From Macrostomum lignano (taxonomy: Eukaryota): DNA of 64,000 bases. The stretch is taken from contig NIVC01003752.1 in NCBI GenBank assembly GCA_002269645.1, forward strand, positions 1-64,000. Reading direction: 5' to 3'. The position numbers and the translations under genes were made by a program. Under the pieces are notes generated by a model, which was given only the letters and a program-made list of their open reading frames with translations, had not been told where the DNA came from and searched no databases. Positions 62,616 through 64,000 of this stretch are shown here, in pieces (position 1 is the first letter of the stretch; each line of letters opens with the position of its first letter).

Positions 62616-63261
62616 CTCAATGTTTCTTCATATGAGTCTCACTGTGTCTTGAAATGAGTCTCACTGTGTCTTGAAATGAGTCTCACTGTGTCTTGAAATG
62701 AGTCTCACTATGCATCAAAATGAGTCTCACTATGCATCAAAATGATTCTCACTGTGTCTCGAAATGATTCTCACTGTGTCTCAAAATGAGTCTCACTGTG
62801 TCTCAAAATGAGTCTCACTATGCATCAAAATGATTCTCACTGTGTCTCGAAATGATTCTCACTGTGTCTCAAAATGAGTCTCACTGTGTCTCAAAATGAT
62901 TCTCACTGTGTCTCAAAATGATTCTCACTGTGTCTCAAAATGAGTCTCACTGTGTCTTGAAATGATTCTCACTGTGTCTCTAAATGAGTCTCACTGTGTC
63001 TCTAAATGAGTGTCACTGTGTCTCGAAATGATTCTCACTGTGTCTCTAAATGAGTCTCACTGTGTCTCTAAATGAGTCTCACTGTGTCTCTAAATGAGTC
63101 TCACTGTGTCTCGAAATGATTCTCACTGTGTCTCTAAATGAGTCTCACTGTGTCTCTAAATGAGTCTCACTGTGTCTCTAAATGAGTCTCACTGTGTCTC
63201 GAAATGAGTCTCACTGTGTCTCGAAATGAGTCTCACTGTGTCTCGAAATGAGTCTCACTGT
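58266..63261. repeat. Giant inverted repeat: arms 58266-60168 and 61337-about 63261, spacer 60169-61336
   Basis: Mirror coordinates sum to 121505 throughout the non-array part; the ORF track gives identical peptides on opposite strands. Confidence 0.95.
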
Positions 63262-63469
63262 GTCTCAAAATGAGTCTCACTGTGTCTCTAAATGAGTCTC
63301 ACTGTGTCTCGAAATGAGTCTCACTGTGTCTCGAAATGAGTCTCACTGTGTCTCGAAATGAGTCTCACTGTGTCTCGAAATGAGTCTCACTGTGTCTCGA
63401 AATGAGTCTCACTGTGTCTCGAAATGAGTCTTACTGTGTCTCGAAATGAGTCTCACTGTGTCTCGAAAT
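62633..63469. repeat. 22 bp minisatellite aaatgagtctcactgtgtctcg, about 38 copies (host orientation; degenerate units also at about 58060-58135)
   Basis: Direct tandem repeat; variant order mirrors 58266-58873. Confidence 0.96.
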
Positions 63470-63547
63470 AGGTCGTGTCCTTAAACAACGAGTCTCAATA
63501 TCTCCAAGACTGCTCATTATTCTACCTGTAATTATAACCGCTGACAG

Positions 63548-64000
63548 ATTCGCACGGTACTACTTGTGGCCGCAATGTCCGTGCACTCCCTATTCGAGGG
63601 TCTGTCACTCGGCCTCATACCAGCCGTAGGCAATGCGGCCAGTTTATTTGCTGCCATACTACTGCACAAGCTAGTAGTAGCATTCAGCATTGGAATGCAG
63701 CTGAGCTCATCTGGCCTGTCAGTTTGTACAGTGATCGCCTGCGGCTGCGTGTTTGCTCTGATGAGCCCGGCTGGCTGTGGCCTGGGCATGCTGGTGATTG
63801 AGTTTGTCAATCACTCGGCTGCAAAGCTGGTTAGCGGCGTGCTTCAATCCATCACATCCGGCACGTTTCTCTATGTTGCATTCTTTGAAGTGTTGCCGCA
63901 CGAGTTCAACACTGGCCGGGACCGGCAGGGCAAACTGCTGGCTCTGGTGCTGGGTTTTGCTGCCGTTTGCATCTACGTGTTTATCGACTCGCTGAAGGAT
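63548..64000 (+). CDS. SLC39A: ZIP (SLC39A) metal transporter, exon 2, truncated by the window end
   Basis: Acceptor gctgacAG at 63546-63547, phase 0. Translates IRTVLLVAAMSVHSLFEGLSLGL (TM4), AILLHKLVVAFSIG (TM5), ALMSPAGCGLG, SITSGTFLYVAFFEVLPHE. Not in the ORF track. Confidence 0.93.
   Translation, partial: MRTVLLVAAMSVHSLFEGLSLGLIPAVGNAASLFAAILLHKLVVAFSIGMQLSSSGLSVCTVIACGCVFALMSPAGCGLGMLVIEFVNHSAAKLVSGVLQSITSGTFLYVAFFEVLPHEFNTGRDRQGKLLALVLGFAAVCIYVFIDSLKD

Noticed and set aside
58848-62657. ORFs inside the palindrome arms
   Set aside because: Low-complexity products of GC-rich repeats, duplicated by symmetry; no domain signatures.

Overview
Eukaryotic (metazoan) DNA, not prokaryotic: GC-rich exons, GT-AG introns, and introns and spacers filled with 18-41 bp minisatellites. 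The style resembles the flatworm Macrostomum (inference, not demonstrated). Host genes I can support: SLC35E3-like transporter (-), MRPL53-like (-, one homopolymer frameshift), a three-exon kelch-repeat gene (-), an intronless rhodopsin-class GPCR (+), RBX1 (+), and a two-exon ZIP/SLC39A metal transporter (+, runs off the window end). Mobile elements delimited by TIR and/or TSD read directly from the sequence: a hAT MITE; a Merlin derivative containing a nested Sola-like derivative; a 3.7 kb hAT inserted in an RTE-like remnant; a full-length LOA-type non-LTR retrotransposon with a 12-bp TSD and a TGATG ORF1/ORF2 overlap; and several tRNA-derived SINEs. The most unusual structure is in the ZIP intron: a non-coding 4.48 kb element with ACTACT...AGTAGT termini and a 6-bp TSD (Polinton/Maverick-like signature). 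Its left interior is an inverted copy of its own right end plus flanking host minisatellite, giving a palindrome of about 5 kb. Two sharply bounded, almost CpG-free domains over old transposon debris suggest past germline methylation. Most frameshifts in the window fall in homopolymers, so long-read assembly error is a caveat throughout.
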